From positions 256,001 to 320,000 of the forward strand of contig JBDHZC010000004.1 in NCBI GenBank assembly GCA_039811685.1: a stretch of DNA of 64,000 bases, given 5' to 3'. The position numbers were made by a program, and so were the translations under genes. The notes under the pieces are model-generated. The model ran no database searches. It worked only from the letters and a program-made list of their open reading frames with translations, and was not told the origin of the DNA. The DNA comes from Armatimonadota bacterium. GTDB taxonomy: Bacteria > Armatimonadota > UBA5829 > DSUL01. This document shows positions 46,745 to 55,397 of the stretch, piece by piece (position 1 is the stretch's first letter; each line of letters opens with the position of its first letter).

Positions 46745-48280
46745 TTGTCTCTGAAACTGAATGTCGCTTTGATCCGGTCTGCCAGAGCCGCAGCCGCCGG
46801 ACTGGCGCTGGCCTTGTTGTCAGTCCCATCTGTGTCGGTTGGAGCCAACGTTGGCCCGATCATGGACCCGGTCATACAGCCGTATCCGGCCTACTTCGAC
46901 TCCGGCCGGCCAATAACGGAGCAGCCCATAGCGGTGCCTGCTGGAAAGTCGCTCCTGGTCCCGTTGACAGCCTCAGATGCCGACGGCGACCCGTTGCGCT
47001 GGATTGCCGCCGCTGGTAATCCCAGGATCATTCCCGGACTTATTCAGAAAGCTCCAGCTCTCAAGTTGACTGTGGACTACGGTTCTGGCACTGGAGAGAT
47101 GGTCTTTCTTTTGTTCAAAGATCTGGCGCCAAACACTGTGCGCAACATCATCGGTCTGGTGAATGCCCACTATTACGATGGGCTGAAATTTCACAGGATT
47201 ATTCAGAAGTTCATGGCGCAGGGAGGGGACAAGGCTGGCACGGGTTCAGGAGTCCCTCCATTTCAGTCTGACGATGAGTTCAACCCGAGCGCGATCTTCA
47301 CCGGTCGCGGACAGCTTGCCATGGCGAACTCTGGAGACGATACAAACGGCACACAGTTTTTCGTGACGTTTGCGCCGCAGCGGCATCTCGACTTTCAGCA
47401 CACCATTTTCGGTCAGCTTGTACGCGGATGGGATACGCTGGCTAATATCGAATCCAAGGGCACTCCGGGCGGCACTCCGACGGAGACCGTCACCATTACC
47501 AAGGCCGAGATGATAATGGACCAGCAGGATGCTGTCCTGCGCCTGGGCGCAGCGCCAAGCAACCTGGTGCCGTGGAAAGGCTTTGTTACGGTGCGTTGCT
47601 ATGACGATCGAGGCGGTTACTTCACACGCGCTTTCGAGCCGCTATCCGAAGCAGACACTTCCAATTCTCGTCCTTATCTGACGCCCATCCCGGACTTCTA
47701 CGCTAATCCCGGTCAGCATGTTCAGATTCCTCTGCGCGGTATAGATCTTGAGGGTGACGTCATCTACTATGCGGCAGCGTACGCGGATTTCTTCCCGCCA
47801 GGGGAAGAGATCCCGTTCAACGCTGATATCAATGGGCGAGTGGTTACTGTATCGCCAAAAAGCCCTTTTGAAGGTCCAGTCAATATCAAAGTTGGTGTTT
47901 CTGCGGTTGCTGACTACAGCGGCTGGAATGCCGGATGGGATACCCAAATCGTCCGTATCTGCTATGGAGAACAACCCATCACAGGTGTCGGCCGTAATGT
48001 AGGCGGTCAGGCGAACGTGCCTATCGCTGGTGCGCTGGTTGCCAATTTTGCGCATCCTGATGCCACCCGTACTCCGGGCACCTTCGGCGCCAAGATCAAC
48101 TGGGGCGATGGTTCTGACTTGACTGATGGAGTCATCTCGCAGCCGTACGCCAACAAAGTGTTCTATGTCACTGGTAACCACACGTATACTGTTCCGGGAC
48201 AGTTCCCTATAACTGTCACAGTGACCAGCGACAAGGGGCTGCGCCAGAAGGTTGAAGCCTACGCCAATATTGCCCCCTGA
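46745..48280 (+). CDS. Exported cyclophilin-type peptidyl-prolyl isomerase with Ig/PKD-like domains
   Basis: YYDGLKFHRIIQKFMAQGGD, LAMANSG, QFFVT, HLDFQHTIFG; INWGDG...HTYTVPG; TTG start after AAAGGA; extended -10 TGA-TATACT at 46555-46563. Confidence 0.9.
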   Translation: MSLKLNVALIRSARAAAAGLALALLSVPSVSVGANVGPIMDPVIQPYPAYFDSGRPITEQPIAVPAGKSLLVPLTASDADGDPLRWIAAAGNPRIIPGLIQKAPALKLTVDYGSGTGEMVFLLFKDLAPNTVRNIIGLVNAHYYDGLKFHRIIQKFMAQGGDKAGTGSGVPPFQSDDEFNPSAIFTGRGQLAMANSGDDTNGTQFFVTFAPQRHLDFQHTIFGQLVRGWDTLANIESKGTPGGTPTETVTITKAEMIMDQQDAVLRLGAAPSNLVPWKGFVTVRCYDDRGGYFTRAFEPLSEADTSNSRPYLTPIPDFYANPGQHVQIPLRGIDLEGDVIYYAAAYADFFPPGEEIPFNADINGRVVTVSPKSPFEGPVNIKVGVSAVADYSGWNAGWDTQIVRICYGEQPITGVGRNVGGQANVPIAGALVANFAHPDATRTPGTFGAKINWGDGSDLTDGVISQPYANKVFYVTGNHTYTVPGQFPITVTVTSDKGLRQKVEAYANIAP

Positions 48281-48304
48281 CAGGCATCTTTCGTTTGATG
48301 TGAG

Positions 48305-48338
48305 AAGAGGCTGCTCCACACCAGAGCGGCCTCTTTTT
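48305..48338 (+). terminator. Rho-independent terminator
   Basis: AAGAGGCTGCTC...GAGCGGCCTCTTTTT. Confidence 0.75.
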
Positions 48339-48408
48339 GCTACGGTTCTTCGGACCATCGCCGCATGCGCGGAGTTCGCATCAGAACTCCATCGCATTTC
48401 GCCCTTCC

Positions 48409-49692
48409 ATGCGCTCTAGCGACACTTCTTCAACCAGCAATCCCCCGCGTCCAGTTTCCTCTCATCGCTTCCGATGTCCAGGGCTTCTGTGCGCGACCCT
48501 TCTGGGTTGCCTCATAGCCGTCATTGCCGGCCTGATATTTGTCTATCTGCGCAACAATCAGCCGCCCAAAGTCCCGGTTGTGACATGGATGGCTCCAGAA
48601 AAGAACAGCTTTCCCGCCCTTATGCAGGAGGCGGAAAAGCTGAATGCGCTGCAGCAGACAAATCCGCTTCGGTCGAAGAACAGCTCCGAGGCGGCCCTGC
48701 GGGCGTATGTAACGGCGGCTTCTCCAATCCTCGACAGAGTGCGAAATGCGTTGGATGAGCCGTGCGAGATGCTGCCAGAGATAAAGCCGGACGCCACTGC
48801 AAAACCTTTGGCAAACTTTGAAACTCTGGTGTGGGCCTTTCGTGCGGAAGCCGAGCTTCATGCCCGAAACCGGCGCTACAGCCGGTCTATGCAGTCCACG
48901 CTGGACGCTCTTCAGCTTGCTGTTAAGCTTCCAAAGGGTGGGGGACTGGATGCGGTAATCACCGGAGAAAGGCTTCAGCAGATCAGCCTGGCTGGTGCGG
49001 AAGAAGTTCTGCCGAGGCTCATTTGGCCTTCTCTCCGAAAGACCGTGCAGCGTCTGCGAGACATTCAGGGCATGCGCCCGCCGCTTGCGCAGAACATCCA
49101 GCACGACGCTTTGTGGTCTGAAGTCAGGTACGCTACTCTCTTTCAGGACTCTTCCAATCGCACGGTTTCAGGGCTGAGGAAGCTGTCGAAGCGTGACCCG
49201 GGTCTCGGATTTATCGGCTCCATACACTACAACTTCTCAAACAAGCGGGCTCTGATTGCTGAAAACACAGCCTATCTGAACCGTCTCGCCAGAGAGGCGG
49301 AGAAGCCTTTTTATCAACGGAGGCCGGTTTTCAGACCTTCGAATCCGATTGCGGACCACCTGGGTGACTACCAGAAAGCCGCCCGCATCGACTGTGCGAG
49401 CCGAGCCGTCGTGTCTCTGCTTCAAATCCAGGCAGCTCTGCGACTGTATCATCTTCAGAGAGATGATTATCCGCGCACTCTGGATGCGCTGGTTTCTGAA
49501 TATATCCCAAGCCTGCCGGAAGATCCGTTTACAGGAAAGCCGTTTCACTACCAGCGTCTGAAGAAAAGTGTTTATCGTCTTTACAGTGTGGGAGCGAACA
49601 TGAAAGACGATCACGGAAAGGCTGGAGGGTGGGGTTCACTCTCGGGAGATCTCGTCTCAGGTAATCTGAGTTCTCGAAAAACGCTCGAATGA
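48409..49692 (+). CDS. Membrane-anchored protein with C-terminal GspG/pseudopilin-like domain
   Basis: N-terminal TM; ALRLY...YPRTLDALV...LPEDPFTGKPFHY...LYSVGANMKDD; start uncertain. Confidence 0.75.
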   Translation: MRSSDTSSTSNPPRPVSSHRFRCPGLLCATLLGCLIAVIAGLIFVYLRNNQPPKVPVVTWMAPEKNSFPALMQEAEKLNALQQTNPLRSKNSSEAALRAYVTAASPILDRVRNALDEPCEMLPEIKPDATAKPLANFETLVWAFRAEAELHARNRRYSRSMQSTLDALQLAVKLPKGGGLDAVITGERLQQISLAGAEEVLPRLIWPSLRKTVQRLRDIQGMRPPLAQNIQHDALWSEVRYATLFQDSSNRTVSGLRKLSKRDPGLGFIGSIHYNFSNKRALIAENTAYLNRLAREAEKPFYQRRPVFRPSNPIADHLGDYQKAARIDCASRAVVSLLQIQAALRLYHLQRDDYPRTLDALVSEYIPSLPEDPFTGKPFHYQRLKKSVYRLYSVGANMKDDHGKAGGWGSLSGDLVSGNLSSRKTLE

Positions 49693-49714
49693 GAAGAACT
49701 CCGGGTAGGCGCCC

Positions 49715-50431
49715 TCACGGGCAATTCCCGGAAGCGCGCTGATAGAGCAGCATTCGTCCGTCCCTTCCCACCTCGTCGAGGCAACCCGCTTTTTTCAGGC
49801 AGTAAAGAACCTTACGAGTCTGCCATACAGGCTTTCCCAGCGCTTCCGCAGCGTCCCGGCTGGTGAACGGATCGGACAGGCTATCTGGCAGGAGAGACAG
49901 GAGGTCCGAAGGGTTTTCAAAGCATCTGCGCTCCAGGACTTCCAGCAGCTTTCTGTCCAGAATGCTTGCGCCTTTGCGCCGCCAGCTTCCGCGTCCGTCC
50001 TCACAGCGGATTTCTTCGTCCCTTACCAGCAGGACTTCCAGAGTGAAATTTGGATGCTGGAGTATCTCTGGAAAGCGCAGCAGTTCGTCACACACATCCA
50101 ACACGCACCCTCTCTTTGGTGAGCGCCTGCGACTGAGCACCTCTCCCTCTGTAGAAATCCGCGTGAGAGTCCTCTCGGTGGCAACTGGATAGACCAGGCG
50201 CACCGGGCGCTCTGTAAGCAGCGCATAGAGTTTTTTCTTGATTGCGTAAAAGCTCCGAGTCTGAATCTCCAGCGCTGTGCGCCCCCGCAGGATGTCCACC
50301 TGAAAACCCTGCACCTGCGCCTCAAGCACATCCCCTTCGCGCGCATACCAGCGCTTTACCGCCGCGTGCAGCGACTTCTCCTGGTAAGTGCCTATGGATT
50401 GAGGAGTCACTCCGTCCGAGCCTGCCCTCAC
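49715..50431 (-). CDS. Conserved hypothetical protein, PD-(D/E)XK-like nuclease fold with C-terminal HTH
   Basis: EKSLHAAVK...E...VDIL...EIQT; wHTH-like FTSRDAAEALG. Confidence 0.7.
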   Translation of the reverse strand: MRAGSDGVTPQSIGTYQEKSLHAAVKRWYAREGDVLEAQVQGFQVDILRGRTALEIQTRSFYAIKKKLYALLTERPVRLVYPVATERTLTRISTEGEVLSRRRSPKRGCVLDVCDELLRFPEILQHPNFTLEVLLVRDEEIRCEDGRGSWRRKGASILDRKLLEVLERRCFENPSDLLSLLPDSLSDPFTSRDAAEALGKPVWQTRKVLYCLKKAGCLDEVGRDGRMLLYQRASGNCP

Positions 50432-51723
50432 CGAAGCCGCACCGTCAGAGCATTTTTGCCGCTGGCCGAAATATGGAGGGTGTCGTGGACCTTGGTATTT
50501 CCATGTGTAACTGTAACGGAGTACCTGCCATGAAAACCTCGGACAGAAAATCTCCCGCGTCTGTCCGTCTGACCGCTAGCGTTAGTCATCCATTCGTGGT
50601 TAATCAGCCTGTCGAGCTCTCTGTAGGCGGGCTTTGGTGTCCAGTCCTTTGCGATGATACCACCCTGCGGCAGCCAGGAAGCGCCGTCCCACATCGCCCA
50701 GAGCGTTATCGCTTTGACGTTCGGATAGCTGAACGCAAGTGTGTAGTAGTAGCGGTAGTACTGTCCCTGAAACTCCGGTGTCCACGTTCCTTTGACAAAG
50801 GTGGAGTTCACGGGTTTTGCGTCTGAGGGAAGCATCATCTCCGTAATGTGGATGTCTCTGCCAGCGCTGGCCAGATGATCGAACATCTCAAATATCTGCT
50901 CAGGACTGGGGACATGTGGCGGGTCGTGTGCCTGCTCACCAAGCCCGTTGATCGGCGCCCCCTGCCGGATAGCGCTCTGGCACAAAGCAGCGAACTTTTG
51001 AGCGCCACTGTCCCACTGATTTCCATACTCGTTCACCAGCAGCAGTGCGTTTGGGTCTACCTCGTGTGCCCATTGCAGCGCTTTAGTCATATAGTCTGGC
51101 CCTATCTTCTCTTCAAACCAGTGGCAGTGGAGTGGCTCGTTCACCACATCCCAGGCAGCGATGCGACCCTTATATCGCCCAACTACGTCCAGAATATGCT
51201 GTCGCGTTTTTCGCGTGATTTCCTCCGGTGGGTATTGAGCCAACCACTCAGGGTAGCCCCACTTCGCATACCCCCAGACGAGAGTGTGCCCCTTCACAGC
51301 GATACGGTGCTTTTCTGCCCAGTCGAGAAAGCTGTCTGCCATCCCGTAGCGCGTCTGGCCCTCCTCTGGCTCCAGATTCTGCCATTTGAGCATATTCTCC
51401 GTGGTTGCGTAGTTGAACAGTTTCAGATAGTAGCGCTCAAACTGCGCCCAGTCTCTCGGGTTGGGCTGTTGCCGCTTTATGTTCCAGGATGGAAAGGCGC
51501 ATCCGAACAGGAAGTCGTGAGTTTTCTGCCGCAACGTGACTGTTGCGCCGGGCACGGCTCTGCCGGATTCATCCACAACCGCAATAACGCAATCTGACTT
51601 ACGATTGCGCTCGATCCCTTGAGAAACACGCTTCGCCCAGTCTGCTGACAATGGCAGCCCGGCGTCGAGACACCAGCCCGAGAGTGGCAAATACAGAAGC
51701 AGTGTGACGAAAAGCACTTTCAT
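50428..51723 (-). CDS. GH10 endo-1,4-beta-xylanase-like enzyme
   Basis: TENMLKW, KGHTLVW, WDVVNEP, VNEY, GEQAH, HITEM; signal peptide from ATG 51723. Confidence 0.92.
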   Translation of the reverse strand: MKVLFVTLLLYLPLSGWCLDAGLPLSADWAKRVSQGIERNRKSDCVIAVVDESGRAVPGATVTLRQKTHDFLFGCAFPSWNIKRQQPNPRDWAQFERYYLKLFNYATTENMLKWQNLEPEEGQTRYGMADSFLDWAEKHRIAVKGHTLVWGYAKWGYPEWLAQYPPEEITRKTRQHILDVVGRYKGRIAAWDVVNEPLHCHWFEEKIGPDYMTKALQWAHEVDPNALLLVNEYGNQWDSGAQKFAALCQSAIRQGAPINGLGEQAHDPPHVPSPEQIFEMFDHLASAGRDIHITEMMLPSDAKPVNSTFVKGTWTPEFQGQYYRYYYTLAFSYPNVKAITLWAMWDGASWLPQGGIIAKDWTPKPAYRELDRLINHEWMTNASGQTDRRGRFSVRGFHGRYSVTVTHGNTKVHDTLHISASGKNALTVRLR

Positions 51724-52113
51724 GGAACAAGCCTCACGAGAACTGTCTTTCTCCACCTTTGCTCTCACACCTGGGCAGTTCCTCTACCGCAAATCAAGAG
51801 GGTCTTAGAAAACAGTCACTTTTGCCAGTTACACTGGAGTTCGCCATTCGATACCATAGAGTTAGCCTATTTTGCTGGCACGAGTCTGATCACCAGACTC
51901 GCTCCGGACGGCGGCGCTTGCATGGAGCCGCCTTCATCTGAAAACGGAGATGCGGCGTGACCAACCGTCAACACGCGCCGCAAAAAAACCCCAGGCCTCC
52001 GGGCGCCGGAGCTGTCTAGCTATCTCAGCGCTTCCTCACGAGAGCAATATCCGAGTGCGGAGCTCTTCTTGAGGACCAGGCGATCATTCCAACGAGAGAA
52101 AGAGAGTCATATC

Positions 52114-52728
52114 TTGAAACGCGCATTCATCACAGTTGCCATACTTGCCGCCACCTGCTTCGCCGGACTCTCCAGCGTGCATGCGGGTACTTATACTTTT
52201 CAGCCCAATCCCGTAGATCTGTACGATCTGGATCACTATTACAACTACCTGTGGGGCGTGGGCTGGCAGACTCCTGCCGGCGAAACTATCACCAACGCCA
52301 CCCTCACCATTAAGAACATCAACAACTGGACGCTTGAGAGGGACAACAACTGGCTGTATATGCACCTGATTGACAACGCGCCGACAGGCGTGAAGAGCAG
52401 CTGGGACAATGAGAGCAACGGCGATGAGTTCGCCCACGCCGGCCCGCTCATTGACGTTTACACAGACAACGACACCAAGGCCCACACACTCACATATGAC
52501 TTCAGCCAACTGGGATTGGTGCCTTACCTGCAGAGCTACGCTGCCGACGGCAAGTGGGGCATCGGTTTCGATCCGGATTGCCACTACTTCAACGACGGCA
52601 TTAAGCTCGTGGTCTGCACCACGACCTCGACCACGCCGCCCCCGCCGGTCCCCGAGCCGATGACCATGGTCATGAGCTTCATGGGACTCAGCTCCCTGGG
52701 CGCCATTCGCCGGCTGCGACGCGGCTAG
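52114..52728 (+). CDS. PEP-CTERM sorting domain protein
   Basis: Signal peptide from TTG 52114; DLDHY..YLWG, GIGFDPDCHYFNDG; T/P linker, VPEPMT, TM, RRLRRG. Confidence 0.88.
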   Translation: MKRAFITVAILAATCFAGLSSVHAGTYTFQPNPVDLYDLDHYYNYLWGVGWQTPAGETITNATLTIKNINNWTLERDNNWLYMHLIDNAPTGVKSSWDNESNGDEFAHAGPLIDVYTDNDTKAHTLTYDFSQLGLVPYLQSYAADGKWGIGFDPDCHYFNDGIKLVVCTTTSTTPPPPVPEPMTMVMSFMGLSSLGAIRRLRRG

Positions 52729-52770
52729 AATCCCGCGACAACTTTAGTCTCCAAATAGCTCTAACTCAGA

Positions 52771-52808
52771 CGCCGGAGAGCCAGTGTGGCTTCTCCGGCG
52801 CTTTTTTT
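52771..52808 (+). terminator. Rho-independent terminator
   Basis: CGCCGGAGAGCC...GGCTTCTCCGGCG followed by CTTTTTTT. Confidence 0.85.
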
Positions 52809-52905
52809 GTCTCCATCCTGCGACCGGACAACCACAACTGTGGCAGGAAAGATGCAGGTGGTGGCGAACACAATCGTGCGGCCATTTCGTGCCCTGGGAG
52901 GCCTT

Positions 52906-53463
52906 GTGATCTGGGTCATCGTGCTGGCATGCTTTATCGCTGTCAGCCTTCTTGTTTTTTACAACCGATTAGTATCTTTGCGTGTGAGGGCTTCAAACGC
53001 GTGGGCGGATATCGACGTTCAGCTCAAACGCCGCCACGACCTTGTTCCAAATCTCATTGCCGTGGTGCAGGGCTACGCAGCTCACGAAAAAGCTATCTTC
53101 GAGGACGTTGCCAGATACCGCGCCCAGGCGCTGGATGCAACCGATCCACGGGAAACTGATACTGCTGAGTCTCAGCTTACGAGTGGCATCAAGAGCCTCT
53201 TCGCCATCGCAGAGAACTACCCCAATCTGCGGGCCGATGAGAACTTCCGCAAACTTCAGGATCAGCTTGCGGAGGTTGAAAACAACATCCAGTACGCGCG
53301 CCGTTACTATAACGCGGTCGTGCGCGACTACAACACCGCCACAGAGCTTTTCCCGAGCCGGCTTGTCGCCAGCGCTTTTGGTTTCAAGAGGCTCGCCTAC
53401 TTTCAGGCCGAAGCAGAAGCTCGCGGCGCGGTCACGTTCAGCTTGACGGACAAACAGAATTGA
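52906..53463 (+). CDS. lemA: LemA family protein
   Basis: [40 protein letters not shown] start after GGGAGG. Confidence 0.95.
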   Translation: MIWVIVLACFIAVSLLVFYNRLVSLRVRASNAWADIDVQLKRRHDLVPNLIAVVQGYAAHEKAIFEDVARYRAQALDATDPRETDTAESQLTSGIKSLFAIAENYPNLRADENFRKLQDQLAEVENNIQYARRYYNAVVRDYNTATELFPSRLVASAFGFKRLAYFQAEAEARGAVTFSLTDKQN

Positions 53464-55181
53464 AAAAGGCGCTTCTCACACTCATCGTCCTCCTGTCCAT
53501 CGCATCGCCATGTCTGGCCGAACAGATGGCGAAAATGAATGTGGACATCCAGGTAAACAAAGACGCCAGCTTCACTGTCGAGGAAGACATGCTGATGGAC
53601 TTTGGGGTCGAGGAGCGGCACGGCATTTACCGGGATATTCATCTGCGCGATCGCACCTCTCACGGGACAAACCGCAGTATTCGCGTCAAAGTCCTGAGTG
53701 TGACAAACGGCATCGGCGGCGCCAGGCCTTACACCCTCTCCCGTCATGGAGATTCTCTGCGGGTACGAATAGGCGATCCAGACACTCTGGTCTCAGGCAC
53801 TCAACGCTACGTAGTAACCTACGTGGTCAGGAACGCTTTGCTGTTCTGGCCGGACTACGATGAGCTCTACTGGAACGCCACTGGAGACCAGTGGCAGTTT
53901 CCGATCCAGAGCGCTGCGTGCGCAGTGCATCTGCCTCCGGACGTCCCGGAGGCAAAAGTCCGTATCAACGCCTTCCTGGGCATTTACGGGTCTACGGAGC
54001 AGGCGCAGTTTCGTAAGATGGATCACGGCGGGCGTTTTTGGAGCCCGCGGCCGCTCCAACTCCAAGAGCAGTTGACCGTTGCTCTGGCGTGGCCCAAGGG
54101 GTACGTTACGCCGGTCAGCACACTGCAGAAGATCGTCTGGTTTGCGACTGACAACGTTTTCGCGTTTCTGCCGCCCATCTATCTTGCAGGACTGATATTC
54201 ATCTGGGCGCGGGTGGGAAGAGATCCGGATGTGGACCTGTCGGAAACCGTCCGCTATGAACCGCCGGATGATTTGCGCCCCGGGGAGGTCGGGACCCTTC
54301 TGGACGAAAGAGCTGATCTTGTGGACATCACTTCAACAGTTGTGGATCTCGCGGTGCGCGGCTATCTCAAAATCGTTGAAGTTGAGGCGAAGGGTTGGTT
54401 TGGCAGGACGACTTACCGGCTTGAAAAGGTGGAGGCAGGCGACAAGGCAGATCGCCGCGGTGGTCTCTCGGACTTCGAGAAAACCATGTACAACAAGATC
54501 TTCTCGCTGGGAGACAGCGTAGATACCGACGATCTGAAGAATCACTTCTACACGGAGTTGCCGACGCTGAAGTCGCAGCTGTACCTCTCAATGACTAAGC
54601 ACGGCTATTTCCGGTCCAATCCAGACAGCGTCCGCAATGGATACGGGGCCGCAGGAATTGTTCTGCTGATTGGGGGGCTGGTCCTGATGCTGGTGCTTTT
54701 TGGGGACGACTCCCTGATATCGCCGTGGTGGGGCGCAAGTATTGCGCTGTGTGGCATCTTTACAATCATCGCTTCACCTGCCATGCCGCAGAAAACCGCT
54801 CGCGGACGCCGGGCCTATGTGGACGCCAGAGGTTTCGAGGAATACCTCCGCCGCGCCGAGATTGCCGACATCCAGCTTCAGGAGAAGAAGAACTTATTCG
54901 AGACCTTCCTGCCCTATGCAGTTGCTTTGGGCGTGGCGGAGAAGTGGGCCCGCGCATTTGCCGGAATCTATACGGAGCCTCCTGAATGGTATTCAGGAAC
55001 CAGCTTCAGCAGTGGTTTCCAGCCGGTCTATTTCGCGCGCTCGCTGGGCGGAGCGATGAACAGCGTCGGCTCAGCGATGGTTACGGCTCCGCGTTCAGCG
55101 TCCAGCGGCGGTAGCTCGTTTGGTGGAGGTGGAGGCTCCTCCGGTGGTGGTTTCGGCGGTGGCGGCGGCGGCTCCTGGTAG
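53460..55181 (+). CDS. DUF2207 membrane protein
   Basis: [32 protein letters not shown], Gly-rich tail ending GGGGGGSW; follows lemA. Confidence 0.92.
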   Translation: MKKALLTLIVLLSIASPCLAEQMAKMNVDIQVNKDASFTVEEDMLMDFGVEERHGIYRDIHLRDRTSHGTNRSIRVKVLSVTNGIGGARPYTLSRHGDSLRVRIGDPDTLVSGTQRYVVTYVVRNALLFWPDYDELYWNATGDQWQFPIQSAACAVHLPPDVPEAKVRINAFLGIYGSTEQAQFRKMDHGGRFWSPRPLQLQEQLTVALAWPKGYVTPVSTLQKIVWFATDNVFAFLPPIYLAGLIFIWARVGRDPDVDLSETVRYEPPDDLRPGEVGTLLDERADLVDITSTVVDLAVRGYLKIVEVEAKGWFGRTTYRLEKVEAGDKADRRGGLSDFEKTMYNKIFSLGDSVDTDDLKNHFYTELPTLKSQLYLSMTKHGYFRSNPDSVRNGYGAAGIVLLIGGLVLMLVLFGDDSLISPWWGASIALCGIFTIIASPAMPQKTARGRRAYVDARGFEEYLRRAEIADIQLQEKKNLFETFLPYAVALGVAEKWARAFAGIYTEPPEWYSGTSFSSGFQPVYFARSLGGAMNSVGSAMVTAPRSASSGGSSFGGGGGSSGGGFGGGGGGSW

Positions 55182-55397
55182 CTACCAACCTGCGACAGAG
55201 AATTCGCACACGCATAGAATCCTGAGGGCGCCTGGAATTTAGGCCTTCGAGCCTGCACTTCCTGTTCGCGCGGGAATGGGAGGCGCGACGGCTTGACCGC
55301 AAAGCGTGTTCAGGTGTACCCTATAAGTAGCGACGCGGTCGTACCAGACGCTTCTGCAGCGTCTGGCATCGCCGTTTGTGTGAAAGAATCTGGCCCA

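Noticed and set aside
51876..51900. TGGCAC upstream of the 52114 PEP-CTERM gene as a second sigma-54 promoter
   Set aside because: No GC at the -12 position (GG-N10-AT); the sequence overlaps a GAGTCTG/CAGACTC hairpin instead.
55100..55181. GGC/GGT low-complexity repeat
   Set aside because: It encodes the normal Gly-rich tail of DUF2207 proteins.
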